From a virus, in IMG/VR virus record IMGVR_UViG_3300026118_000002, positions 13,333 to 77,332 of that record: a stretch of DNA of 64,000 nucleotides; one strand, given 5' to 3'. The translations under genes were made by a program, and so were the position numbers. The notes beneath the pieces are model-generated. The model did no database searches and was not told the origin of the DNA. It saw only the letters and a list, made by a program, of their open reading frames with translations. This document shows positions 33,249 through 43,030 of the stretch, piece by piece. How positions within the stretch are numbered: position 1 is the first letter of the stretch; each line of letters starts with the position of its first letter.

Positions 33249-33773
33249 TCAGTCGTGCCGCACCGCGATGAACTCTGGCAGGACATCTCCCGCGACGATT
33301 AGCAGTGCGGCAAGGTACCAGGCGACAAGCGCATTCAGTGGTGTCCAATATGCCTGGACATTATAGTACACTGAAATGCCGAGCGCCACAAGATACAACG
33401 CCCACCAGCGCTTGTCACGGCGCGAGAATTGACGCGCACCATACTGTACCAGAGTTAGGACAACCTGAACACCGACTGCCAGCACTAGCATTATCGGCGC
33501 GGCGGCTACGTCCTGAATAAGGCGGAACGGCGCGGCAAGCGGTGCGGGCTTGCCGATCTGTCCGTAGAATGTGCCGAATACAGACAGGATGACGAGCGCA
33601 ACAACCGCAGTATAGAGCAGTGCGATAAAGGCGCGCTCGATTGCTGCTGGCCGCAAGAAACCTAGACGTGATTTCCCGTGCTGCTTAGACTCTATCGCCT
33701 CACTCCGCACCGGCGATGCATGGCGCGGCTTCTCCGCTGCCTGTCGGCGCTGCTCTGCTGCCTGATCGACCAT
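33249..33773 (-). CDS. Multi-pass membrane protein
   Basis: About four hydrophobic segments; GGAGG RBS. Confidence 0.65.
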   Translation of the reverse strand: MVDQAAEQRRQAAEKPRHASPVRSEAIESKQHGKSRLGFLRPAAIERAFIALLYTAVVALVILSVFGTFYGQIGKPAPLAAPFRLIQDVAAAPIMLVLAVGVQVVLTLVQYGARQFSRRDKRWWALYLVALGISVYYNVQAYWTPLNALVAWYLAALLIVAGDVLPEFIAVRHD

Positions 33774-33785
33774 ATACTTGCCTCC

Positions 33786-33995
33786 TTAAAAGCTCACATC
33801 GCGCCAAGAGTAATACCGAATGTCGCCGCCATAAAGTTGCACGCCTATCTGTTCACGTCCGTCGGGATTCAGATCAACGATCGCGCCGTAACCGTCTGGC
33901 GTCAGAACATCCTCATCACCGACGGTGTAGTCGGTCCTGCCAATAGATATACGGGCGGGCTTACCTGTTTCTTGGCTCGGCCTGTAGGTCAGCAT
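33786..33995 (-). CDS. Hypothetical protein
   Basis: AAGGAG RBS. Confidence 0.5.
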   Translation of the reverse strand: MLTYRPSQETGKPARISIGRTDYTVGDEDVLTPDGYGAIVDLNPDGREQIGVQLYGGDIRYYSWRDVSF

Positions 33996-34019
33996 CGTTC
34001 TATTTCTCCTTCGTACTGC

Positions 34020-34835
34020 TCACCTTGCTATCAACTCAGGCAGTCGCCGCCGAATGGTGCTCACACTCGCGCCGCTTAGTGTCGCCAACTGCTCATAGGT
34101 CAGTCGGTAGCGTGCCACTTCGATTATCTCAACTTCCATCGGTGCCGGGCGATTGCTCATCTCACGCCGCAACCGCTCAACCTCCTGTCCGGCAAGTGCG
34201 CAGGCATGTTCAGCCGCCCCCCGCGTCTGCTCAATAAGTGTTCGCGCCTGTTCAAGCTGCTGCTCATAGCTGCTCAACTGCCGTTCAGTCAGTGCCAGCT
34301 TCTGCTCAAGCTCTGCTCGCGCCTGTTCACTCGCGCGCACCCGAATATCCACATACTGCCAGAAGATCATCAGCCAAAACGCGAGCACCTTCATCGGCGC
34401 GTCATAGCCGCCGCGCAGCATGCGCCAACGCGCCGTGAATGCCGTCAAGAACACGAACAGCAGCGCAGGGAACACCCCCGCCGCAATTGTCGCCAGTAGC
34501 CAGCCGTAGCCGCCCGCGCGTAGTGCGGCATACGTGCCCGGCAGCGATGCCTGCACAAACAGATCAGCGCCGTGCGCGTAGTTCGTGCCGCTCGTTGCAA
34601 CCAAGAGGACGATCGTCAACAGCGTCAGCCGACGACGCCATTGCGGGATGGCGATCGTCGCCAGTTCCGCGCCGACCGCGCCGATCTCGAACACGACCAC
34701 CGCCGGCTTGCCCCACGTCTCGCCGTGGAATAACTCCATGGCTATCAGTGTCGCCGGGATAGACACTGATAGGCACAGAAAGGCAACGATGCCAAAGAAC
34801 CAGAGCGCCATATCTTTACGCGGTTGTGTGGTCAT
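34020..34835 (-). CDS. Membrane protein with coiled coil and C-terminal HTH (DUF2637-like architecture)
   Basis: Four to five TM segments, heptad region, TYEQLATLSGASVSTIRRRL. Confidence 0.65.
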   Translation of the reverse strand: MTTQPRKDMALWFFGIVAFLCLSVSIPATLIAMELFHGETWGKPAVVVFEIGAVGAELATIAIPQWRRRLTLLTIVLLVATSGTNYAHGADLFVQASLPGTYAALRAGGYGWLLATIAAGVFPALLFVFLTAFTARWRMLRGGYDAPMKVLAFWLMIFWQYVDIRVRASEQARAELEQKLALTERQLSSYEQQLEQARTLIEQTRGAAEHACALAGQEVERLRREMSNRPAPMEVEIIEVARYRLTYEQLATLSGASVSTIRRRLPELIAR

Positions 34836-35287
34836 TCACTCTCTCCATTCGCCTGTCGTACCGCCTTCTCGAACATCGCCCGCATCTCGGCAGCATTCGC
34901 CTCCAGATCGCCGCCGGGCATGCGCTGGATTGACGGGTCGCTCGTGATCATCCGCTTGCCTCCTGTCCCTTCTCGCCTTCTTCAGCCTTCGTCCGCAGGC
35001 CCGCCGTCGCCCGCCGCACATCGTCGTTTGTCGGCGTGGCAGCAACGGAGTCATCGTCTACTTCACCACAGGCAGCCAGCGCATCAGCCACAATCCGCCG
35101 CGCGCCGATGATCGACTTCATCTGTCCTGTCTGCCGAAGCGCTGCACATAGCCATGTGATCTCCGTATCATGGCGCGCAAGCTCAGCGATCAGATAGTCA
35201 ATATCAGCAGGCGCATTGCGGGCGAACACACCCGCAGCATGATAACTGCCTCGTTCAACGCGCGCCGCATCTAGCCGCGCCTTGATT

Positions 35288-35725
35288 TCATCGATTCTGT
35301 TCATTGTGCTCCTCGCATGCTTTATACGCCGCGCGCCCGATGGCGAGCGCCAGCGTTTCGGCGGATGTCCACTCGCACGGTGACTCGTCTTGGGGAGCAC
35401 CGCGTGACCGAAAGATACAGCGATAGAGATCGGTAGGAAGTAAAAGCGGCGTTTGTAGTTGACACCGGTACCCGAGCGCTTCCATGCGATCGATGATCAA
35501 GAGCGCTGTCACGCGATCTCCACTCAAAGGACGTGGCGCATCCGCCCGACGCGTCGGTACAGGACGCAGCGAACAATCACCGGGCAGGCACCCGATGCTC
35601 TGCTCTGCCGACAGCGGCCAGCCGCAGACCCGACAGAGCGACTCATCCCACACGATGCCCATCACGACCCGCTCGATCAGCGCGTCGAACTCAGGACCAG
35701 CAGGCATCTCGTCTATGTTGATCAT
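35288..35725 (-). CDS. Phage ABA-sandwich-like domain protein
   Basis: DEMPAGPEFDALI..VMG...AETLALAIGRAA pattern. Confidence 0.5.
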   Translation of the reverse strand: MINIDEMPAGPEFDALIERVVMGIVWDESLCRVCGWPLSAEQSIGCLPGDCSLRPVPTRRADAPRPLSGDRVTALLIIDRMEALGYRCQLQTPLLLPTDLYRCIFRSRGAPQDESPCEWTSAETLALAIGRAAYKACEEHNEQNR

Positions 35726-35954
35726 TGGCTTTTCTCTTTTGCTATACGCCGATACACCGCCATGCACCGACGGCAGTCATTGAAGTCGGCAGGCGCATAA
35801 TCGTGCGTCTCGAAATCCCACCATACACGCATATACGAAACCCCACAAAGCGTATGCCCCGGCTTGCCGTAATCATAGCCCTGCATGTGGATGACCGTGC
35901 GATTATCAGGGTTGCCCCATAACGGGCGCTGAGACCAACACACTGGCGTACACA

Positions 35955-36122
35955 TCATCGTCCCTCGCTCACGCGCGGCCAGCCCGCACCGAACCCGTAA
36001 TGGTTCTCAGCCCACGGCGACGCCCACACCGCACGCCGCGCCGCCTCTGGATCGTTCGCTAGCAGCGCGGCGACGATCTCACGATAGGCGGGATACGACA
36101 GCGTCTGAAGTGTCGCCGCCAT
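35955..36122 (-). pseudogene. Stranded original 3' end of the lysozyme-like gene
   Basis: Translates MAATLQTLSYPAYREIVAALLANDPEAARRAVWASPWAENHYG..., which aligns with the C-terminus of 36613-37230; its stop overlaps the next ATG. Confidence 0.75.
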
Positions 36123-36136
36123 GCCATCCACGTTGA

Positions 36137-36628
36137 TTATTCAACAGTAATATCTTTCCACTTCTTGTTGCTTACAATAAGAAAGATATTAGCCTGCGTG
36201 ACACCAAACATTCGCGCTAGTTCAGTTTGTCGATAACATCCCGTCGCATACAATCTTCGGATATCACGAACCCTTGACCAGTCAAGGACGGCTGCGGGGT
36301 TTAGCTCGCCGGACAACCCAACCGCACGCCCTTTTGCTTTTTTGTCTCGGTTATTGTCGCTATATGTACCTTTGAACAAATGTGCGGGATTACAGCATGA
36401 GCGGTTGTCACATCGGTGCAGGACACATAAATCAGCAAGATCATTATGTGTCAAGATATAGGCAATACGGTGGGCGTACTGAACCCTACCGTCCCACCGG
36501 ACATGTCCATATCCAGACTTACCATGTGCCCCCATCCAGTTCCAGCATGCATCACTACCCTTACCACAATCAACCCTTAACCAAAAGTTATCCTGTATAC
36601 ATGCACGTTTTTTCACTTCTTCCTCCAT
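36137..36628 (-). CDS. HNH homing endonuclease with C-terminal HTH
   Basis: CWNWMG...GYG...AHRIAY...VLHRCDNRSCCNPAHL..GT.SDN; visibly lower GC. Confidence 0.9.
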   Translation of the reverse strand: MEEEVKKRACIQDNFWLRVDCGKGSDACWNWMGAHGKSGYGHVRWDGRVQYAHRIAYILTHNDLADLCVLHRCDNRSCCNPAHLFKGTYSDNNRDKKAKGRAVGLSGELNPAAVLDWSRVRDIRRLYATGCYRQTELARMFGVTQANIFLIVSNKKWKDITVE

Positions 36629-37230
36629 TCCTGTCCAAACAAGACACCGCCACCATATCTATTACTTGACCAGGGGCTTGCGATAAGTGCCCGATAAGCG
36701 AGGTCGGGGTTGTTCGTCTGTAGTCCGGTAACAATATCGTCGTAAAGGCCGTTGGTGAGTGTCGCTACCGTGGCCGCCATACCGCTTTCATAATCAGGAT
36801 AGGCCTTTACGCCGTCACTATCAATAGTCGCATATGCCCCATAGCCGGGCATGGTTGAGTTTAGCCAGTTATTGCGTTCCCATGCGCTGCTATATCCGCA
36901 GTTATGCATACATCCATCTTCAGCAAGCGACCATTCCACAAGCATCGCCACTGTCGTCGGGCTGGGCTGCGTATTGCCGAGATGCCGCAAGAGATCGACC
37001 GCCCACGCATCCCGCGATACGCTTCCATCGCCCGCCGCCGTCTCGGCATCGCTCTGCGCGACCGAAGACACCGCACGGGGCACTGAGGTGGCTTGGCGTG
37101 GCGATATGCGCACGAGGTAGTTGCCGAGCGGCGTAGCGACCTGATAGGCGCTGGCGCAGCTTGTCAGCAGGAGTGCGAGTGTGAGTGTGGTGAGGGTGCG
37201 AGTCACGAGTCGCCTTTCCAGGTATTCCAC
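36613..37230 (-). CDS. Lipoprotein with a lysozyme-like domain (start may be GTG near 37206)
   Basis: Lipobox LLLTSC; W..AE...NNWLNST...GVKAY...GMAATVATL.NG.Y...ASPW. Confidence 0.6.
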   Translation of the reverse strand: MEYLERRLVTRTLTTLTLALLLTSCASAYQVATPLGNYLVRISPRQATSVPRAVSSVAQSDAETAAGDGSVSRDAWAVDLLRHLGNTQPSPTTVAMLVEWSLAEDGCMHNCGYSSAWERNNWLNSTMPGYGAYATIDSDGVKAYPDYESGMAATVATLTNGLYDDIVTGLQTNNPDLAYRALIASPWSSNRYGGGVLFGQEWRKK

Positions 37231-37910
37231 ACAGGCGGCTCCCTGCTAATTTCGGGAAGATAGATGCCATCGATCTTGTCAGGACGAACGTACTTCACAA
37301 GGAAGTCAACGACACCGCGCCGCTCAACGCGCCAAACTACACCCTCGACAACATCAAGCGCCCCGTGACCAGAACAGACAACCGCGTCTAATGCCTGCTC
37401 TAACCCGAAAGCACCCCCTTGATGGAGGAGTCGTGGCGTCACAACTTCAGCCCGCCCCGCAACTGACAGTAGCATCTCGTAAGGAAGTCGTTGTGCGTCA
37501 ACCATCAGATCAAGAGCAACGAAGGGCTCGTGCGGTAGCGCGTATCGTGTGCTATGCGCCTGTATTAGCCACTCCCCCACCAAGCGCTCACCATCGTTCA
37601 GTACCGAGAGGAAGCGCCGTTCGTTCGCCTCTACCCACCGTGCAAAGCGATGGTGCTGCTCATGTGGCGATGTATCGGCAAGATAACCAGCGCGGGTGAG
37701 CGCGAATAATTTCCCGCCGAGCCGCGCAACGCCGACGTTTGAGCCGTCAAGCTTTTCAGTAGCAATGACAACATCGTGTCGATCTCGCGTGCGCTCACAC
37801 GCGATTCGCGCTTGCCCTTCATGGCAGTGATGATCGCCCGGCCCCATCCGACTGCCTGGCAAGTGCGCAATCGACCCGTAGTTCTTTCTGTTCAGTGGCT
37901 TGTTCGCCAT
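37203..37910 (-). CDS. RNA ligase-family nucleotidyltransferase
   Basis: Motif I TEKLDGSN, III LVGEW, IV EGVVWR, V VKYVR. Confidence 0.8.
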   Translation of the reverse strand: MANKPLNRKNYGSIAHLPGSRMGPGDHHCHEGQARIACERTRDRHDVVIATEKLDGSNVGVARLGGKLFALTRAGYLADTSPHEQHHRFARWVEANERRFLSVLNDGERLVGEWLIQAHSTRYALPHEPFVALDLMVDAQRLPYEMLLSVAGRAEVVTPRLLHQGGAFGLEQALDAVVCSGHGALDVVEGVVWRVERRGVVDFLVKYVRPDKIDGIYLPEISREPPVWNTWKGDS

Positions 37911-37938
37911 CACACATCCCTTCGGAAATCTTCGGATT

Positions 37939-38646
37939 CTACGTGAGCCGCCGGAAGGCGATGACCCACACAAACCGATTCGACTCAAATGAATAGCCGG
38001 GCTTGCCGTGCATCGAATCCCACGCTAATTGGAAATAGGCGCGTGGATACAGTTCGTCTTGCGGATCGCGTGGGCAGTACGCGGCTGCCCACGCCCCGAT
38101 GCCTTCCGCCTCAGCGTCTTCGTCTGTGATCGATTGAATCCGCTGCACACTCACGCTCATGACTTCGTGTGTGATGCGCGATGCCCAACGCGGCATGAAG
38201 ATAGATGCGCAGTGCGATGTCTGCTTGTGGTGCGTCCATACGATCATCGCCGCATCGTCGGCGCGGTCGCATCCAACCGGTTCATCATCGGCACGAAAGC
38301 GCCATTCGCCCGCTTCGTTCTCGTACATAGACTCACGAGTCCAGAGATGGTCTCCTACGACGCCGTACGGACACCGGGCATGCCACAAGCCACCCTCGCA
38401 GTACCATTCGCCCGATTCCTCGTCAAACAGGATTTTGTCAGTATCCGGCCCGGTGAGTCCGATGATGATGCCGCGATCTCGAATGGTCAGTCCTTTTATG
38501 ATTCGCCGCGTCTGCCACTTGAGAGGCAGTGCTGCATTGATCGACTGCGCAGGCCATGTGCCGATCTTCGTGTTCAGAATCGCGCGTATCATCTCGCCTC
38601 GGAAGAGGATCGGACGCTCGCGTACCTTCGTTGCTGTTGTCATCAT
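37939..38646 (-). CDS. ASCH/PUA-like phage protein
   Basis: ERPILF..EMIRAIL...QTRR...CPYG..GD.LW.RE...SIFMPRWASRI. Confidence 0.7.
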   Translation of the reverse strand: MMTTATKVRERPILFRGEMIRAILNTKIGTWPAQSINAALPLKWQTRRIIKGLTIRDRGIIIGLTGPDTDKILFDEESGEWYCEGGLWHARCPYGVVGDHLWTRESMYENEAGEWRFRADDEPVGCDRADDAAMIVWTHHKQTSHCASIFMPRWASRITHEVMSVSVQRIQSITDEDAEAEGIGAWAAAYCPRDPQDELYPRAYFQLAWDSMHGKPGYSFESNRFVWVIAFRRLT

Positions 38647-39374
38647 TTCCCCACTCCCACGCTCACACGCGCGCCATCACTTCCGACATGGGCCTGCACA
38701 TCTATCCCCGCTACGGGCGTACACCCCGCACCGCCATACGCCAGATCGAGCGCACACGCTGCCGCCCGCTCATCCGCCTCATGCTTGCGCCAATAGTCGC
38801 TATTCGCCAGCGCCCGCGCCATCAGCGCTGTGTCACCGCCCGATGGATCGACCGGGCGAATGACGACCGTCGGCAGTTCAGCGCCGATAGGCACCGGCGT
38901 CGCAGCAGCAGGATTGCCGCCGCTCGCCTGATCGACCGCGTTCGCCAGCGTATCCACGTCTGAGACGCTCGCCACATCCGCCGTCGGCAGCGGTAGCGCG
39001 GTCGGCTCTGCGAGCGGCGCGGCAGTGACGACAATGTACACCGGCGCTGACGTGGGCTGCGCTGACACAAGCGGCGCACTCACGGGCTGCTGTGGCGCGC
39101 GGGGCGGAGTCGGCGCTGCCGCTGTCGCTAACGGGACGGTCGTCGGTGCGGCATCCACGCGCGTGATACTGATGACGCCGCTCGTGCTCAGCGCGGCGAA
39201 GATGAACACCACAAGCGCCATAAGCGCGAGCAGGCCGAACACCACGCCGAACAGGCGCGCGGGGCGGCTTGTGCGGGGCGCTGACTGCGGTGAAACTGCG
39301 GTGGGCTGCGGCGGCGCTAAGAGCACCTGGATAAGCGCCGCGCGCTGCTCTGGCGTGAAGTCGGATATTGACAT
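38643..39374 (-). CDS. Single-pass membrane protein with Pro/Ala/Thr-rich region
   Basis: Hydrophobic LFGVVFGLLALMALVVFIFAAL followed by a PT-rich linker. Confidence 0.6.
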   Translation of the reverse strand: MSISDFTPEQRAALIQVLLAPPQPTAVSPQSAPRTSRPARLFGVVFGLLALMALVVFIFAALSTSGVISITRVDAAPTTVPLATAAAPTPPRAPQQPVSAPLVSAQPTSAPVYIVVTAAPLAEPTALPLPTADVASVSDVDTLANAVDQASGGNPAAATPVPIGAELPTVVIRPVDPSGGDTALMARALANSDYWRKHEADERAAACALDLAYGGAGCTPVAGIDVQAHVGSDGARVSVGVGK

Positions 39375-40929
39375 TACGCATTCTCCTTATCAATCAACTC
39401 TGTAAGCGCGGCGATGCACTCCGCCGCAGTTACACTGCCATCTCGTCCATCGACCGCGTGAACGAAACGAGCAGTCCAGGTAGGCACGCGACCCACGACA
39501 GTGCCACGCGGCCCCCACGCGGTGTCGAAGGAAATGCCGACGCACTCGCCCAGTGAGCGCTGCCAGCAGGCAACTGGACATCCATGCGGGGCACCGGTGG
39601 TGCCGAGCACATCTGTCGGCGCGTGAGAATCTACCCACGCGCGAAAGTCTTCCGCACTCCAATCCAGTCGAGACGTCATTACTCACGCGCCCTTCTCGCC
39701 CGTAAAAGATTAGGCATCGCCAGGTCTCAGTTACCTACAACCTTCGACCAATTAACCTCGCTGATCGTCGCATCGGCATTCCCCGCGCGCAGCAGCGCCG
39801 CAAAGCCCGCCTGGATATGTGGCGCTAGCAGCATGCATTCGCCGTGAGCACGGATGCCGATCATCAGCGCGGGATTGCTCTTGATAAACTGCGTCACCGC
39901 GCACTCCACACACATGCCGCCGTTCGCGACCGTGTCGCGCCGCAGCAACTGCGCATCGGCGTTGTGCGACGACTGCTCTTGGAGCGCGACGTTGCAGCGC
40001 GGGCAGTGGACGGCGTTAGACATCACGGCTTCCTCTTCCGCGCCAACCGAGAGGCGCGAGACAACGCACGTAGCCGATCTGTCGGCGAGAGTGTGCCCCA
40101 TATCGCGCGATTCATCCCTTTGGACTCAACAACGTCCATGACAATCTCAAGCTCACTCCGCGCCGAGTCTGTGTTCGCGCGGATTGCCTCTGCGATGACT
40201 GCGATCAGTTGCTCTCGAAACGATGACCGCATGCGCCTACCCCCCCCTACGCGCTCATCGTGAGCGTCGCTGACTGCTGCGCTCGCACACACGCACAGAA
40301 CAAGCGCGCGTAGTGCTCACTTACAAAATCAGCGACCGGATTCATTGGCACGCCGTCATCGTCATCGAACACCATCCAGCCGCTCAATTCTTCGTTGCAG
40401 CCAGCGTCTGGCGCAAAGAGCCAAAAATCACCAACCTTCTCCGGCTCGTCATTGTCCATCGTACTCCCTCCGTAGCGGCTCCTGTTGCGGATGCTTTAGC
40501 CGCCATTCGAGATAGTCAGCGTACTGCTCTAGTTCGCGTAGATAGACGAAGAGCCGCGAGCTTTCCCACGTGCCATTCCTGGCACGCTTAGGGCGCGGCA
40601 TCGACATCGGCGGTGCGCCGTCCGTATTGCGTTTCATAACCGATCAGTCGCTCTCGTTCTCTGACAAGCCCCTCGGCGTACATCAGAAGATCGTCGTAGT
40701 CCCACAAGGCATCGGCGTTGCGCAGTCGCCCTGCGCGATTGCGGAGCGAGCGAATAATCACTAGTAGACGATTGATCTCACCACGGAGATATGCACGTCC
40801 AGCGGCATCATCTGAGCAAAACCAAGGTCGTCGCTCCGTATCATAGACAACCGTGTGCGCAACCCCATCACGTATGGCGACGCTGTGCGCGCTCAGCGCC
40901 ATTCCACACATAGCACACTGATCACTCAT
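39374..40929 (-). other. Array of small coupled hypothetical genes
   Basis: ORFs 39374-39679, 39727-40023, 40247-40459, 40449-40637, 40588-40929 with overlapping start/stop codons. Confidence 0.5.
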
Positions 40930-41023
40930 GTCTCTCGCCTCCGATCAACACCTCTCGCCCGCCCGTCGCGGCATGCAGCGCGTACGTTGCGGGGCGGTGT
41001 GGTGCCTAGTCACAGGCTTGCGT

Positions 41024-41437
41024 TCAAGCGCGCCATCCGGCATTCATACCGAATACCATCGGATCGTGCGTTGACTCAGTAAGGTATGGACGGATGACGC
41101 CGAACCGATCCATGTGCCATATTCGCAGGTGATAATAGGCAGTGGCATCGAAAATATCCCACAACCAACGGTACCAGTCATCTTTTGATTCTGTTACACC
41201 ACTTGTCACTTCAACTTCCAGAAACCCCAAGACCAGTAGCTTCCCCTCAATAACGATGCGCCATGCGTCGGGTCGTGGCAAGGCATCACTAAACCCCTCT
41301 GAAAGTTCAGACCACTCACCTACCCATGATGGGGCTGTTTGCGCCTGATCGCAGAGTGCGGCACGCCACGCATGCCCACGTATCCAGCCGTCTTGAATTG
41401 CACGGTTGATCAGAGCATCGTGATGTGTAACTGTCAT
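41024..41437 (-). CDS. PD-(D/E)xK nuclease-like protein (putative)
   Basis: RPDAW...LEVEVT motif. Confidence 0.45.
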   Translation of the reverse strand: MTVTHHDALINRAIQDGWIRGHAWRAALCDQAQTAPSWVGEWSELSEGFSDALPRPDAWRIVIEGKLLVLGFLEVEVTSGVTESKDDWYRWLWDIFDATAYYHLRIWHMDRFGVIRPYLTESTHDPMVFGMNAGWRA

Positions 41438-41450
41438 GATGTATTCCTTC

Positions 41451-41716
41451 CGTGGGTAGCGTTGTGGGTAATGTCTTGTCAAAAGACGTTCGGTATGCTA
41501 TCATACCGCCTAACACCCCTCGGCACTCCAATGCCACAAATACCATAGCCGTTCTGTGTCGAAACCCCTCAATAATATGGCCCTGCTGTTTCGTAAACAG
41601 CAGGTCAAGGGTTCAAGTCCCTTCACCGGCTCCAGCATCAGGGCGCTGTAGAGGCGTCCTTTTTGCTGTCTGCTGTTCAGGCAGTGAGGTGCCTGCGTGG
41701 GTAGGGTTGTGGGTAA
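41451..41716. repeat. Integrase arm-type sites flanking the attP core
   Basis: CGTGGGTAG(C/G)GTTGTGGGTAA at 41451-41471 and 41696-41716 (20/21 identical). Confidence 0.7.
41585..41634 (+). other. attP core = 3' half of tRNA-Thr(CGU)
   Basis: GCTGT-TTCGTAA-ACAGC anticodon arm, AAGGG-TTCAAGT-CCCTT T-arm, CACCGGC-T-CCA; 5' half absent; 270 bp from the integrase stop. Confidence 0.85.
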
Positions 41717-41843
41717 ATTCCATGTTGACCGCTTGCTCGATCCTCCATACCACTTCTCGGTTGATCGAGCGCTGATCTTTCCGCGCCAACGCCGCAAGGT
41801 GCTCATGAAGCTCGTCGGATAATCGGATAGTCAGCTTCTTCAT
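41613..41843 (-). CDS. Arc/ribbon-helix-helix DNA-binding protein
   Basis: MKKLTIRLSDELHEHL..LA....RSINREVV. Confidence 0.8.
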   Translation of the reverse strand: MKKLTIRLSDELHEHLAALARKDQRSINREVVWRIEQAVNMEFTHNPTHAGTSLPEQQTAKRTPLQRPDAGAGEGT

Positions 41844-41905
41844 ACACTCTCTGCCGTCATTTTGCCGTCTAGTACAGTATACCACGGCTGTCAAGATCGT
41901 ACAAG

Positions 41906-43030
41906 CTATGCCGCATGCCTGAGTACCTTGATCGACTCTAGCCGCTCCAATGCCTCTCGCATCGCTACCACTTGCACCTTGACATAGCTCGATGTGACAT
42001 CGGCATCAGCGTGACCCGCAATCGCCTGGATAATGTCGTGGCTTGCACCGGTATCACCTAGCCAAGAGAGGCAGGTGCGGCGTAAGAGGTGGAAATGAAC
42101 ATTGCGGATGCTGGCCCGTTTGAGCGCGGCCTTAAAATGCCGATCAAGATTGCGCTCACTCATTGGCGTGCCGCGCTCTGATGCGAACAGCAACCCGCTT
42201 TCTGGTACGCCTTCCGCCATAATTTGCTCAAGTCGCATCCGCAAAATACCGCACTGGCGATGCGTGAGTGGCAGTACGCGGATGCGACGGTTTTTCGTGT
42301 ATTGCTCAATCGACGGCCTGCCGTCTATGTCCAGCACCTGCTGTCGGATCGTGATTGTACGGGCTTCGAGATCAAGTCCAGCGATCTCCAATCCGAGCAA
42401 CTCGCCCTTGCGGATGCCTAATTCGACCGCAAGTACATACAGACCAGAGAGACGGTGTGATGTGACCGCTTCGAGAAGTGCGGCGGCTTCGAGGGTTGTT
42501 AAAGGATCAGGCTTCTCGTCATGCACAGGTGGTGTTTCAACCGCCAGGATCGGGTTGTATCCGATCCGTCGATCATCTGTCGCCTGAGTCAGTGCTGTTC
42601 GTAGGACGGTGTACGCATGACGGATCGTGCGTGGTGAGAAATTGCCGACTTTCATGTCGGCCAGCATTGCGCGGATATGATCGGCGGAAAGCGCTTCGAG
42701 CCTGATATGTCCGATACGAGGGGAGATGTAAAACTCACATATCTGTTTGTAGAAACGCAGTGTTTTGGGCTTTTTGTTCGGGGCGACGATGGTGGAAAGC
42801 CAGTGCGCAAGCCAATCATGGAGCGGGATTTTGCCACCGGGGATATTTACGCGTCCGTCTTTTTGCTGTTCAAGTTCCTTGCGTTTGGCTTTGGCGGCTG
42901 CTTCCGAAGCACAACGATAGTTGTATTGCTTGCCGTTTTGCGAGATATAGGCCCACCATTGTCCGTTTTTGTCCTGGTAGTAACCGCGCGCCCGGCGAGC
43001 GGGGCGCTTTGCATTCTTGGAGCTTCCCAT
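41906..43030 (-). CDS. int: Tyrosine integrase
   Basis: LGIRKGELLGL (R), TKN (K), FHLLRRT (HxxR), AGH, VTSSYV (Y). Confidence 0.95.
   Translation of the reverse strand: MGSSKNAKRPARRARGYYQDKNGQWWAYISQNGKQYNYRCASEAAAKAKRKELEQQKDGRVNIPGGKIPLHDWLAHWLSTIVAPNKKPKTLRFYKQICEFYISPRIGHIRLEALSADHIRAMLADMKVGNFSPRTIRHAYTVLRTALTQATDDRRIGYNPILAVETPPVHDEKPDPLTTLEAAALLEAVTSHRLSGLYVLAVELGIRKGELLGLEIAGLDLEARTITIRQQVLDIDGRPSIEQYTKNRRIRVLPLTHRQCGILRMRLEQIMAEGVPESGLLFASERGTPMSERNLDRHFKAALKRASIRNVHFHLLRRTCLSWLGDTGASHDIIQAIAGHADADVTSSYVKVQVVAMREALERLESIKVLRHAA

Noticed and set aside
41560-41634. Complete tRNA-Thr gene
   Set aside because: The 5' acceptor strand and D-arm are missing; better explained as the attP core
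41613-41843. Integration-dependent truncation of a repressor, as in mycobacteriophage BPs
   Set aside because: The Arc-like ORF stops inside the core segment shared with the host tRNA, so crossover near the anticodon loop would leave it unchanged
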